A stretch of 63,967 nt of DNA, the filler included, from Collodictyon triciliatum (Eukaryota), in the NCBI GenBank assembly GCA_043381765.1. It is 8 parts of 8 records of this genome, joined end to end, with 100 filler letters (N's around TTAATTAATTAA, not from the genome) between each part and the next. Parts side by side here need not be neighbours in the genome. Positions count along the whole stretch, not along the records: positions 1 to 9,092 come from JBHJMP010003162.1; positions 9,193 to 18,283 come from JBHJMP010003163.1; 6 more parts are not named here. One strand, 5' to 3'. Made by a program: the position numbers and the translations under genes. Shown in pieces: positions 1 to 9,813 of this stretch; within the stretch, counting starts at the first letter, position 1, and every line of letters starts with the position of its first letter. Under the pieces are notes generated by a model. It was not told where the DNA came from, searched no databases, and saw nothing but the letters and a program-made list of their open reading frames with translations.

Positions 1-1
1 T

Positions 2-3000
2 ATAACGCTTCAAACTCAATTGCAAGAAACAACCCATTTGAAGGACGAGCTCCAAAAGAAAACACGCGAAGTTGAAACGCTTCAAACTCAATTGCAAGAG
101 TCTACTCATCTGAAAGAAGAGCTCCAAAAGAAAACACGCGAAGTTGAAACGCTTCAAGCTGAGTTGCAAGAATCGCTGCAGAATAAAAAGTCAGATGAAC
201 AGATTGAGCTAATTTCAATTCAATTGGAAAAGTTAGAGTCCTCCCTCAAATTGCAAGTTGAGTATAATCACACTCTTCAATTTGAAAACAAGAAAATCGA
301 AAACGAGCTAAAACAAAAGGAAGCAGAATTAAACTTATCCAAGAACAGGACGATCGACCTTGAGGGGTTAATAAAAACCACCGACAAGCAGTTGAAAAGT
401 GCACAGCAGGAGATGTCACAAATGAAAGAGGAACTCGACGACCTCAAGGTCCAAAAAAGAAGACTCATTTCAGATGTTTCCTCTCTCTCTGAACTGCAAA
501 CAAAATCTGTTCACGCAAGAAACATTTTGCAATCAGAGCTAAATATCGCACAGGAACAGTTGAGGCTATCTGGGGGATTTCACGAATATATTTTGAAGAT
601 TCACGAGCTCGACGGTGATATCCAAAATGAGTTTTCATTTCCTGCAACGGGGAAAATGTCTCGCCCTGTCTCAGAGTATTATCAAAACCTATGTCAGAAA
701 TCAAGAGACATAGTCCAAAAATTAGAAGGTTATAAGAAAAAGATCCTTTTGGAGATGGAAGAAAAAAATCAGGAGAACCAAACTGATGTCGACGTGAAAG
801 AAAGTATAACCGAGTACGTTGAAATTTTCATGGGAGTTTATAAGGCCATTTCATCGACGTTATGCGACCATGAACTTTGGCAATCGCATCTGGAAAGAAA
901 TGAGAATCAGAAGAGTCTCGAAGAAATTTCGATTCTTAAAGAAACATTACTCGAAAACATTCAGTCTATGCACCAACACTTGACATCTCTAAAAGGAGAT
1001 TGCTTGAAGCATCAACGGGCATGTGAAGAATTGAATGATGAGAATCTTAAGCTCATGCAAGAAATAGACACATTAAGTCAGGAAAGTATTAAACTAGCGT
1101 CTTCCAACATTATATTAGAAAAGAGACTGGAATTAGACTCCCAAAAGCAGAGTAATGAGCTTGAAATTATCAATAGAAGGAAAATCGAGTTGGAGTCCTC
1201 TATTTCAGAATTACAAGGAAGCATTGGAAAGCTGACGGAATCTCAAGTACAACGCGAGAAGGAGCACAAAAATGAAATTGTATCCCTTTCTGAAAAAATG
1301 ACTCAACTTCATGCTCTCAATGCCGAATACGAGTTAAAAATCAAGAGTTTATCTGTCGAGATATCCAAATTAAGAGAGGAACAAAAAATGACACCCTCGT
1401 TAAAGCCTGAACTCATGCAATCTTTGGAAGTCGAACTTTTTGAAGCATCAAATGTATTCGAATGTGTTCTGGACTTTAATTATAAGCCTGATGAGCAAAC
1501 CAAAAGATTCAGTCAGCCTGATCTAGTAATGCAGAATGATTGGCTTCCAGCATTTCGAAGAATACGCGAAAATGCAGGCAAGCTCCGCAAAGATGCTCAA
1601 GAAGGAAATAACTTAATTCTTACTCTTAAGCGAGAATTAAGTGATGTTAAAGATTCCTTCGTATTTGTACAATCAGAGAAAACTGTAGTAGAGGACGCTA
1701 ACAAACAATTGGGGGATTTAAATCTTTCCCTCGGACAGCAGCTAGCTCAGAGCCAAGATACTATCAAACAACTCCAAATTAACTTTCAGCAGCAATTTGT
1801 AGAGCTAAAGAGGCAACAAGAAAGCAGCATGGCTGATATGCAGTTAGCTCACTCAAAGGTAGTGCAGGAAATGAAATCGGCGATAGAAAAAAGCTCTGCA
1901 ACAGAGTATTTGATGACAGAGACCATCAGGCTTTATGACGCTGATATGTTGGTATATCACACTATCCTCGAGTCTATATCAACCACACTCTCTGTCCAAT
2001 TAATTAGGGGAGAGAGCGGTCAAAATTTGAGGGAAAGGGTTATGGAGGGATTGTCAGCTTTGTCTAATCTGGTTGCTGACAAAAGTATATCAAAGTTCCA
2101 CTTACCTCCAACCACCATTTCATACGCAATATCCGAGGAAATGTCCCTGCGAGAAAGTCCTTTCGGGGAAAAAAGAGAGTTGATAGTCGAGCCCACCGCT
2201 AGAGGCCTGCCAAATGCTTCACATATCGAGCTAGCAGCTCTTCAGAGAGAGATTAATGAAAAAGATTCTGTAATCGCTGCTCTTGAGCTTGAAGTCCATA
2301 ACTGTATGGTCCTGATAAAGGAAAAAGAGGAAATCATTCATCAAATAGAGGACCAGCTGTCCAGTGTCAAAATACATGTAGGTACTGCAGACGCAAACAT
2401 TGATAGATTCAAAAGAGACTATGAGGCCCTAGAAATCCGCTCCGCTGAGACTGAAAATGAGTTGACTGCCCGGATTAACTCAACCACGTTGGAAAATGCT
2501 CGTTTAATGAATGCAATTGACAAGGAGATCAAACAAAGGGGTGAAACGGACTCTCAACTGAAGGAATGCATGACTCAAATTACGCAATTAAAATCACAGC
2601 TATCTGAAATTCAGTCAATCTTCTCAGAGCAAGATGAGAGTCTAGATTTTTACCGAGGCGTATTTGATGTTCTGGGAGAAATGATTCACAAAACTGCGAT
2701 ATCACTTGGAATTCATATATCTATATCTGAAAAGTCCAGTATCACACACGGTGCTATTGAGCAGGGTGCCTCACCAAGGACTATTATTTTCCAGGCCAGA
2801 AAGCAGGAATGGACTCAAATTGACGCGCTAGTGAGACAAACCGCTACAAGTGAGGTTCATTCATCTAATGGCACTTCTTTCGCAAAGGGGAATCTAAGCG
2901 TCACCCCGGCCGATTTAGAACGCATGGCACGAACCACACATGAATTGAAAAAAATTACGTTCAAGTCAAGCAATGCACCATCCCAAATGCAAGGATTCGT

Positions 3001-4504
3001 GAGTGAAACCATATCAATTTCTGTGCAATCAATTTTAAGCGACCTGGATGAAATCACGGTTCAAGTAGCTGGGCTCCTTCAAAAACAAGAGTATGACGCA
3101 GAGAGACAAAAGGTGCATGAACCGTTCGACTCCAGTGTACGTGATGGTCTTTTTGAAGACTACGAGCGCGTTTGCAACGATAAGAAGCACTTAGCATCGC
3201 AAATCGAGTCATTAAAATCACATATTGAATCAGAAAGAAGACGAACACAAGAATTGGCATCTGAAATGGATGCATTACATCTGAGGCTCAAGTCATACGA
3301 GGAGAAGAATGTGAGTACTTCACCTCGACAGGGATTTCGCGGGTTGCAAGAAAGAAAATCAGTCTACCGAAAAGAGCCAACGCAATCGCCAGAAGGTTTG
3401 GAAAAAAGAACCATCCACCTGGGCACATCAGGAGGCTATACGGAGAGCCAGAAAACACGGTACATCACCTTAGTAAATGAGTTTAATCTGGCCAGCTCAA
3501 CAATAGTAGATTCATCAGAATTACCAAACCCATTCTTCGGTACAAATCAAACTCCTTCGCTGACAGAGGAAAGCCACTTTACCTCCTTCGCCGCCAGCAA
3601 CACCGTCCCTGCTGCATCACCGCCTCCAAAGGCCATTTCAAAGACAACCTCGTCAATGCCGCCCCCGACATCCCAACAAGCAGCACTGCCACAGAGAACA
3701 GACTCTGTTTATCCTGCTGCCCCAGTAGCAAACATTCTATTCAACACAACGCGCAATATCCCACATCCGCATTCTTTCCCAGTCTTTGCGGGCAATCCAG
3801 AATCTCGGGAGCCCCATGCCGTTTCAGCCATGCAAACACAGCAGTATGGAGTCCTTTTCTCTAGAGCCGACCTGATTCCTCCGCAGAACGTCTCAGTGGC
3901 CACATCTACGACAGCCCCAACCCCGTCCTCAACGCCGATTCTTGGACTGGGGTTGTCCTCTGCGCATCACAACACGCATCACGCCCGAGCCCCGAGTGCA
4001 GGGAGAGACGTCTCGGCCAGATCGTTTGTCACACCCGTTCGACAGACATTCGACCACGTCCGCATCACACAGCTCCCAGCCAGCGAGTTATCTCCAGGGG
4101 AAGCTTCGCAGGCCGCCCTCAGGACTCGCGCAGTAGTTTCGTCATCCGCCTCTCCGAACCAGCGCTCCTTGGCCGGGGCTGTGCGTCCTTGGGAGATGCA
4201 GACTCAGCTCCGAGCCTTACCAGCAAACACGAACCAAGCCGCCATTTCCAGCAATCCGCTTCTCTTTACACACGGCACTCGTCCTCTGTTCTACAACGCG
4301 GCCGCCCCAGTTACTTCCCACCCAGCAACCGCAGATGCCAATCGCCGTGCGATTACACCTTCGTCTCTGGCTTCGCTCCAGACGGACGCTTCAATCACCC
4401 GCGCAGAAAACGGAATCTCGCCTTCTGCTGCCACCAATGCAACTGCTCCTGCATCCATGGTCACAAAGGACATCCGCCGCCGCTACCAAAATCCGCACTC
4501 TTAA
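2..4504 (+). CDS. Large coiled-coil protein with low-complexity S/T/P/A-rich C-terminal tail; 5' partial
   Basis: Frame is open from position 2 to TAA at 4502-4504 with no intron needed. About 1100 aa of E/K/Q/L heptad-rich sequence precede a disordered tail. The listed start at 20 is TTG, so the true start lies upstream of the window. Confidence 0.85.
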   Translation: MTLQTQLQETTHLKDELQKKTREVETLQTQLQESTHLKEELQKKTREVETLQAELQESLQNKKSDEQIELISIQLEKLESSLKLQVEYNHTLQFENKKIENELKQKEAELNLSKNRTIDLEGLIKTTDKQLKSAQQEMSQMKEELDDLKVQKRRLISDVSSLSELQTKSVHARNILQSELNIAQEQLRLSGGFHEYILKIHELDGDIQNEFSFPATGKMSRPVSEYYQNLCQKSRDIVQKLEGYKKKILLEMEEKNQENQTDVDVKESITEYVEIFMGVYKAISSTLCDHELWQSHLERNENQKSLEEISILKETLLENIQSMHQHLTSLKGDCLKHQRACEELNDENLKLMQEIDTLSQESIKLASSNIILEKRLELDSQKQSNELEIINRRKIELESSISELQGSIGKLTESQVQREKEHKNEIVSLSEKMTQLHALNAEYELKIKSLSVEISKLREEQKMTPSLKPELMQSLEVELFEASNVFECVLDFNYKPDEQTKRFSQPDLVMQNDWLPAFRRIRENAGKLRKDAQEGNNLILTLKRELSDVKDSFVFVQSEKTVVEDANKQLGDLNLSLGQQLAQSQDTIKQLQINFQQQFVELKRQQESSMADMQLAHSKVVQEMKSAIEKSSATEYLMTETIRLYDADMLVYHTILESISTTLSVQLIRGESGQNLRERVMEGLSALSNLVADKSISKFHLPPTTISYAISEEMSLRESPFGEKRELIVEPTARGLPNASHIELAALQREINEKDSVIAALELEVHNCMVLIKEKEEIIHQIEDQLSSVKIHVGTADANIDRFKRDYEALEIRSAETENELTARINSTTLENARLMNAIDKEIKQRGETDSQLKECMTQITQLKSQLSEIQSIFSEQDESLDFYRGVFDVLGEMIHKTAISLGIHISISEKSSITHGAIEQGASPRTIIFQARKQEWTQIDALVRQTATSEVHSSNGTSFAKGNLSVTPADLERMARTTHELKKITFKSSNAPSQMQGFVSETISISVQSILSDLDEITVQVAGLLQKQEYDAERQKVHEPFDSSVRDGLFEDYERVCNDKKHLASQIESLKSHIESERRRTQELASEMDALHLRLKSYEEKNVSTSPRQGFRGLQERKSVYRKEPTQSPEGLEKRTIHLGTSGGYTESQKTRYITLVNEFNLASSTIVDSSELPNPFFGTNQTPSLTEESHFTSFAASNTVPAASPPPKAISKTTSSMPPPTSQQAALPQRTDSVYPAAPVANILFNTTRNIPHPHSFPVFAGNPESREPHAVSAMQTQQYGVLFSRADLIPPQNVSVATSTTAPTPSSTPILGLGLSSAHHNTHHARAPSAGRDVSARSFVTPVRQTFDHVRITQLPASELSPGEASQAALRTRAVVSSSASPNQRSLAGAVRPWEMQTQLRALPANTNQAAISSNPLLFTHGTRPLFYNAAAPVTSHPATADANRRAITPSSLASLQTDASITRAENGISPSAATNATAPASMVTKDIRRRYQNPHS
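5..160 (+). repeat. Coding tandem repeat, 72-nt (24-aa) unit, at least 2.2 copies
   Basis: ACGCTTCAA recurs at 5, 77 and 149. The unit is TLQTQLQETTHLKDELQKKTREVE / TLQTQLQESTHLKEELQKKTREVE. Confidence 0.9.
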
Positions 4505-4936
4505 TGGCGTATCTCGAACCGCACCTGCTTCGTGCTTTCTCTCTCTTTTTTTTCTTTTCTTTTCATCTTTTTTTATTTCCACGTCCTGCCCTTGGATGGC
4601 GGTTCCAGAGATGCAGCAATAAACTCTGCCCTACTCCGGATTTAGAAACCGTTATGATTATTTCCACAAATAGGAGTAGCAGGCTTAACGGGTTTGATTT
4701 GTGAAGATTGAATCTGAAGAGTAATCGCCACGAGCCAAGATGCCGTGGAGTATCATAGAAAACAAAGTTGTAAAAGAATATGAAGTGACATAGAGCGAAA
4801 GAGAAAAAAGAGTAAAGAGTTGACCGAAGCCCAACGTCAGGCAACAGTCAAATAGTAATCAGGAGAACAAACAACACTACCCAGAAACAGGTAAACTTCA
4901 GAGCCGAAGAAACGAGAAGGGAATCCGGTGGGGCGA

Positions 4937-6990
4937 ATGGATCATCTTGAACCCAGACTCTGCTCTGTAAACCCGCTGTCGAACCCAAAGGGCCTCAAAC
5001 TGCTGTGCGAGCTTTGTGGAAAAGTTGCATATTTCCAGTGCCTCAACTGCCGCGTCTCATACTATTGGTTTGGATAATCGATCTCCTCATGGTTACGCTT
5101 TTGTCGTTTGAAAAGAGCTCATCGAAACCCATTATAACGTTAAGCAAATGATAATTAAGTCTGATGTAGTAACAAGACTATTTTTTTTTCTTCTCTAAAA
5201 GGGTTATCATTTTTATGTTGCTGTGAAGTTCGTTTTTCAATTCTTTTTTTTCCATTAGTTCTTTAGACCACTTATCCTCATGGTTTATATATTATTCTTA
5301 CATTCTACATTTCTTTCTTGATATTTCTCGTCTCGAAGACGATCACTAAAGATCTCACTTCCAGTTCCAAAGAACATCACGCCATCGACTGGAACGGAAT
5401 CCACGAAAAGATCTGCCAGAAACTAATTCCTTTACGCACACCGTCCAATGCACTGGGCACCGAGGAAGAAAGGCGTAAGCGTGAAAAGCAAACACACCAA
5501 GCCCAGGTTCTTGTGCTTTCTTCTTTGACTGATTCATCCAATATCTATGTTACTTCCGTCATTCCTTTAACAATCATCAAGTTTTTATAACTTGGGGGGC
5601 TGTTAAATATAAAGTCATCTTTCCCAAAAAAAATTATTGAAAAACATTATACCCAATAAAAATAAAAGACTTTGGGACTAACCATGACCTTCATATATCT
5701 TCCAGAGAGCTCTTCTTGAGCTAAGCAAAAATGAGGCCATGAAAAGCCTCCATCAATCAAAGTACGAACCAGCCATTCCGGCAGCCTTGCAGGCCCTACG
5801 ATTCTCACTGGATGTTTACGGAACTGGGAGTATCGAGTTGGTTCCATCATATCTTCTCCTTGGTGAGGCTAGCATAGGTATGATTTCCTTCTCTCTTTCC
5901 TTCTCGACTTTTAGCTCAACCATCTTTGATATCCCTCCATAAACACGATATTTGGCCCTATTATGCGTTCACATATTTGATAATTGGACAGGTCTAAACA
6001 GGTACCAACAAGCTGAAGAATATCTCTCCCTCGCCAAATGGAGCGTTTTGAAGTCTCCTGAGTGCAGCAATTCTCTAAAATCTCAGCTCCATCGCAACTT
6101 CGGAAAGCTCTATGCGTCACAAGGGAAGCCTGACGAATCGTTGAAGGAGCTGGCAAATGATGTATACTTTATGTCATCGGCCATGGGGCCCGAACATATT
6201 CGAACTTCGGGTGGATATTACCAAATGGCAAACGTGTTCCATTCGATCGAGAAAGTGGAGCAAGCACTTGCCCTTTATGCAAAGGTTGTAGACATCTGGT
6301 ACAAGTATTTGACAACCATCCACCAGGACCCGGAGTTCGCCGCAACAGAGGGGCTTGGTTCGTATCAAATCTTTACGACATAAAGCTTGTATTTTCAATT
6401 CCCGGAGCATATCATTCCAGCATGGGAAGCTGTAAATCAGATACAGAAAGTAAAGCTAGGTAAAATATCATGTCTAGATGAAGTCCAGGCCACGGAGGCT
6501 TTGCAGATGCTATTCACCATTCGAAGGATTCGTCAACAATCTCTGAGCGAAAACCACCCAGCAGTGGGAGAATCATTCTATGTATTAAGTCTGTTGTTTC
6601 AGTACCTGGGCGACACTGAAAAGTCAAAGTATGATTCAAAAAATGGCATTTTGCGTATTTGCAATCTTAATACTTTCCCTTATTTTTTCTATTTCTTTTT
6701 TTAAAAAAAGGAGAAACAATTGAAATCCTCAATTTTATAAATCGGATGATGTAGGGAAAATGCAGAACAATCCTTGGGTATTTTGGAGAGTGAGCTCGGT
6801 CATGACCACGCATCAGTCCAGTTAGTGTTTATATGAACACCAACCCGCCTTAAATTTATTTAAATAAAGCGTATTCATTCACAGAGCCTTACATACACAT
6901 TCACATGCTCATAATCGTCTTTTTCCGACTGAGCAAATCCACGAACTTTAAAAATATTGTTTTAATATACCGTCGCTATCATTTTCATGA

Positions 6991-7052
<62 letters not shown>

Positions 7053-7196
7053 CTTAGCATCACGTAATATTGAATCGTTCACCACAGGGAAGTGCGCGGT
7101 TTTATGGAGAAGTATCACATGGCAGCACCCCCTCCAAAAGTTGCAGAAGCAGAGCCAGTGCAGGAGTCTGTCGAAGAGTCAGAGACCCAAGAATAG
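4937..7196 (+). CDS. ZMYND12: Zinc finger MYND domain-containing protein 12 (MYND finger + TPR-like helical repeats), about 7 exons
   Basis: Spliced via GT-AG introns: MDHLEPRLCSVNPLSNPKGLKLLCELCGKVAYFQCLNCRVSYYC|SKEHHAIDWNGIHEKICQKLIPLR...PAIPAALQALRFSLDVYG...ELVPSYLLLGEASIG...SQLHRNFGKLY...GPEHIRTSGGYYQMANVF. These are hallmark ZMYND12 motifs. ATG at 4937, TAG at 7194-7196. Confidence 0.92.
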
Positions 7197-7668
7197 CTCC
7201 TTATCGACAAATTTTACAGAACAGCTCAGTTCCGTTTCCGGTCGCACGTTCTTGCGTGTCTACTTTCTGAAAAATCTACTCTTTTATTGTACCCCCAGCC
7301 TTCTCCCACTTTGGTTTTACCTCGAGTGTGCTGTATGAATGGAATGTGATATCTCGTATTTCACCAGAGTCGCCCAGCAAGGACGTAGGGAAAGTGACCC
7401 CAGAGGCGATGATGTCTTTTCCCGGGTTATTTTGTCTAAATAAAAATCAGAACATCCTCACTATTCAATATCATATAATGCTCTACTAGAATCCTCATGC
7501 ATTTCAATTTTGTTATATATCATGTGCATTTGATTAATCGCGTAAATCGACAGACTATGCTTATTTTAAAGTGTTTGTGAGGTACGAGGCGTTAGTGGGA
7601 GAATTGGGATGTGAGTGATTTCTTTTTTAAAATTCTTTCGATTTTAACCAGATGGCAAAGGTTTCGGT

Positions 7669-7875
7669 TTTGGTTCGCTAACCATCGTTTGCATGTGCGC
7701 TGCTCAGTCTCTCATCTTTTATGAATAGTGCTTTTACATAATCGGTGAGCTTCCTCGAAACCATTTGGGCTCCAAAATCTTATTTTCTTCCGCCTCGAGT
7801 TTTATGGTTACTTACTACATCTTCCCTACCCGGCCACTAAGAAGCGTCTATGCAAACAATGGCTAGCGAACCAAA
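7669..7875. repeat. Inverted repeat (26-bp arms, extendable imperfectly to about 40 bp); MITE-like element or hairpin RNA
   Basis: 7669-7694 TTTGGTTCGCTAACCATCGTTTGCAT versus 7850-7875 ATGCAAACAATGGCTAGCGAACCAAA: 24/26 complementary. Confidence 0.75.
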
Positions 7876-9092
7876 GGCAAAATCTCATTATCCTGCACAA
7901 AATTAAAATCGATACAAATCATGGAATCTCTGTGAGACTAGTCAAACGAGATACTTGTACATGAAGTGATGGCAGCTGATTTCGTCGAAGGTGTAATACT
8001 TTCAGGCCAGTCAACAAGAAAACGCCAATGGGTACAGGTGTTAGCTCATTCCTGGCTAAGTGTAGACTCTCGAAGCTTTTTAAAGGGGTGATGTCGTGTC
8101 CTGGTGATTTCTCAGAGCTCCTCTAAAAGCGCATTCTGGTCGGCTATTGTGACAGAAGTGGGGCGGAAGCGGTTTGGGCGAGTTCTGGGGGCTGTGTGAG
8201 CGAGTGAACTGGGTTATATGTTAGTGCGCTGCATAATGTATATTTGTTATGAGGCTGCACTTGACTAGTCAACTTGGACGAGTGTTGCTGGAGTGAGAGC
8301 AGCGCGGTTGCGCACACGGAGAATACAACGTGCATTGCGAATAAGTGATGTGATAAGGTAGCGTGAAAGAAAGAGCGCAACGCAGCAGCGATTTCGACGG
8401 GACGAAGGTTAAATATCCCACAAAGGCCGGCGAATCTTTCGTCCGAATCAATATGGGGCCATTTCAATATATAGGAGGAGGTATTGGGCTGTGTGTCGCT
8501 CGTGTGGTGATTGGGAAGGCAGAACATTCTCGAGTGCTCTAGGTGCGATGTCTCCCAATGACGCACAACGTGTATTCCTGCTGCAAAAATTCGGATAATT
8601 TATGACACAGTATTCTACATGCACACTGAAAATATTTTCAATCTATATTATAACCTATTAAAAAATGATATGGAATGCCCAAACTTTGTTCCTTCCTTTT
8701 CTTATTTGCTTTTCTTTCGTACTCTTTAATGTTTTGAAGCCTCATCAATCCTTCATCCTAATCAATATTAACTGGGTTCAGCCTGGATGAACTATTTTTA
8801 TTCACGACTTTAGCTGTTGGCGCCCGTGCCAACAATCTTATTCCAACCACCAAGCGAGTATTCCGAGGTAAAAAAGAGAAAATGATGGCGGATGTGCCAT
8901 CAGAGGAGTATAGAGATGGGGAAAAGATAAAGGAGAGAAAAGAGGATGAAGAGGAATAGGAAAGGAGGTAATGACCCTGGGGCTTGATAAGAGGCCCAGG
9001 GATTCCTTTCAGGATAGGACTTGTGGTGAAGTCCTTGGGAGAGGGAAAGTAGCGGGCTTGATTATGTTTAGAGGGGAGTGGAAGAGGATGGG

Positions 9093-9192
9093 NNNNNNNN
9101 NNNNNNNNNNNNNNNNNNNNNNNNNNNNNNNNNNNNTTAATTAATTAANNNNNNNNNNNNNNNNNNNNNNNNNNNNNNNNNNNNNNNNNNNN
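9093..9192. other. Artificial contig-joining spacer (44N-TTAATTAATTAA-44N)
   Basis: Exactly 100 nt with a six-frame stop linker. Identical spacers occur at 18284-18383, 27473-27572, 36747-36846, 45944-46043, 55125-55224 and 62819-62918. Confidence 0.97.
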
Positions 9193-9813
9193 TTTGTTTT
9201 TTTTTTTTTTTTTTTTGTTTTTTTTTTTTTCCCTCTTAGCCGCTGCCTACATGATCACACGACACACATAACCCGCAAACAGCTTATAGTGCGCCTTTTG
9301 GACTAATGCGGATGCAATGACAGAGTGCGCAATAACTTCCCAACAAAAAAAAAATAGCCGGTGCATATTCCTTTCTGAGAAATCAATATGTGGAAATGTA
9401 AACAAAAAGGGAAACGAAAAAGAAAGTGTCTGTCAGAGAGCCCCAGGACAAAGAGAATGATTCATCGCACAGACGACAAGTTATGCACAACTGTCTGTTT
9501 ACAAATTGAAAACATCTTGGCATTGACCCACCCATTTTTCCGCTTGTTAAAATGTCCACTTATCACCACTTTTTTTTTTTATTGCGTTCGCTCGTTGGCT
9601 GCAGCGGGTAGTTTTTCTTTACATCAAACGCTTTCCATCGTCATAGCATGGTGTAATTTCTCTCCTGTTCCGCAGGGTACATGAATAGTAGACGGTAAAA
9701 TGAGAAAACCAAGAAATGAAACGGAGGGTAAAAGAGGAGCAAAAGGAGCAAGGAGAAATGGGCTATTCCACGCCAGAATAAGACCCAAAACGTGTCTCCA
9801 TCGCGGCTGTTGG

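Noticed and set aside
8144-8566. 140-aa minus-strand ORF
   Set aside because: Non-ATG start, atypical composition and no motifs; likely spurious.
8818-8826. TGGCGCCCG as an LTR-retroelement primer-binding site
   Set aside because: There is no preceding ...CA LTR end and no gag ORF downstream. The motif is explained as part of a hairpin.
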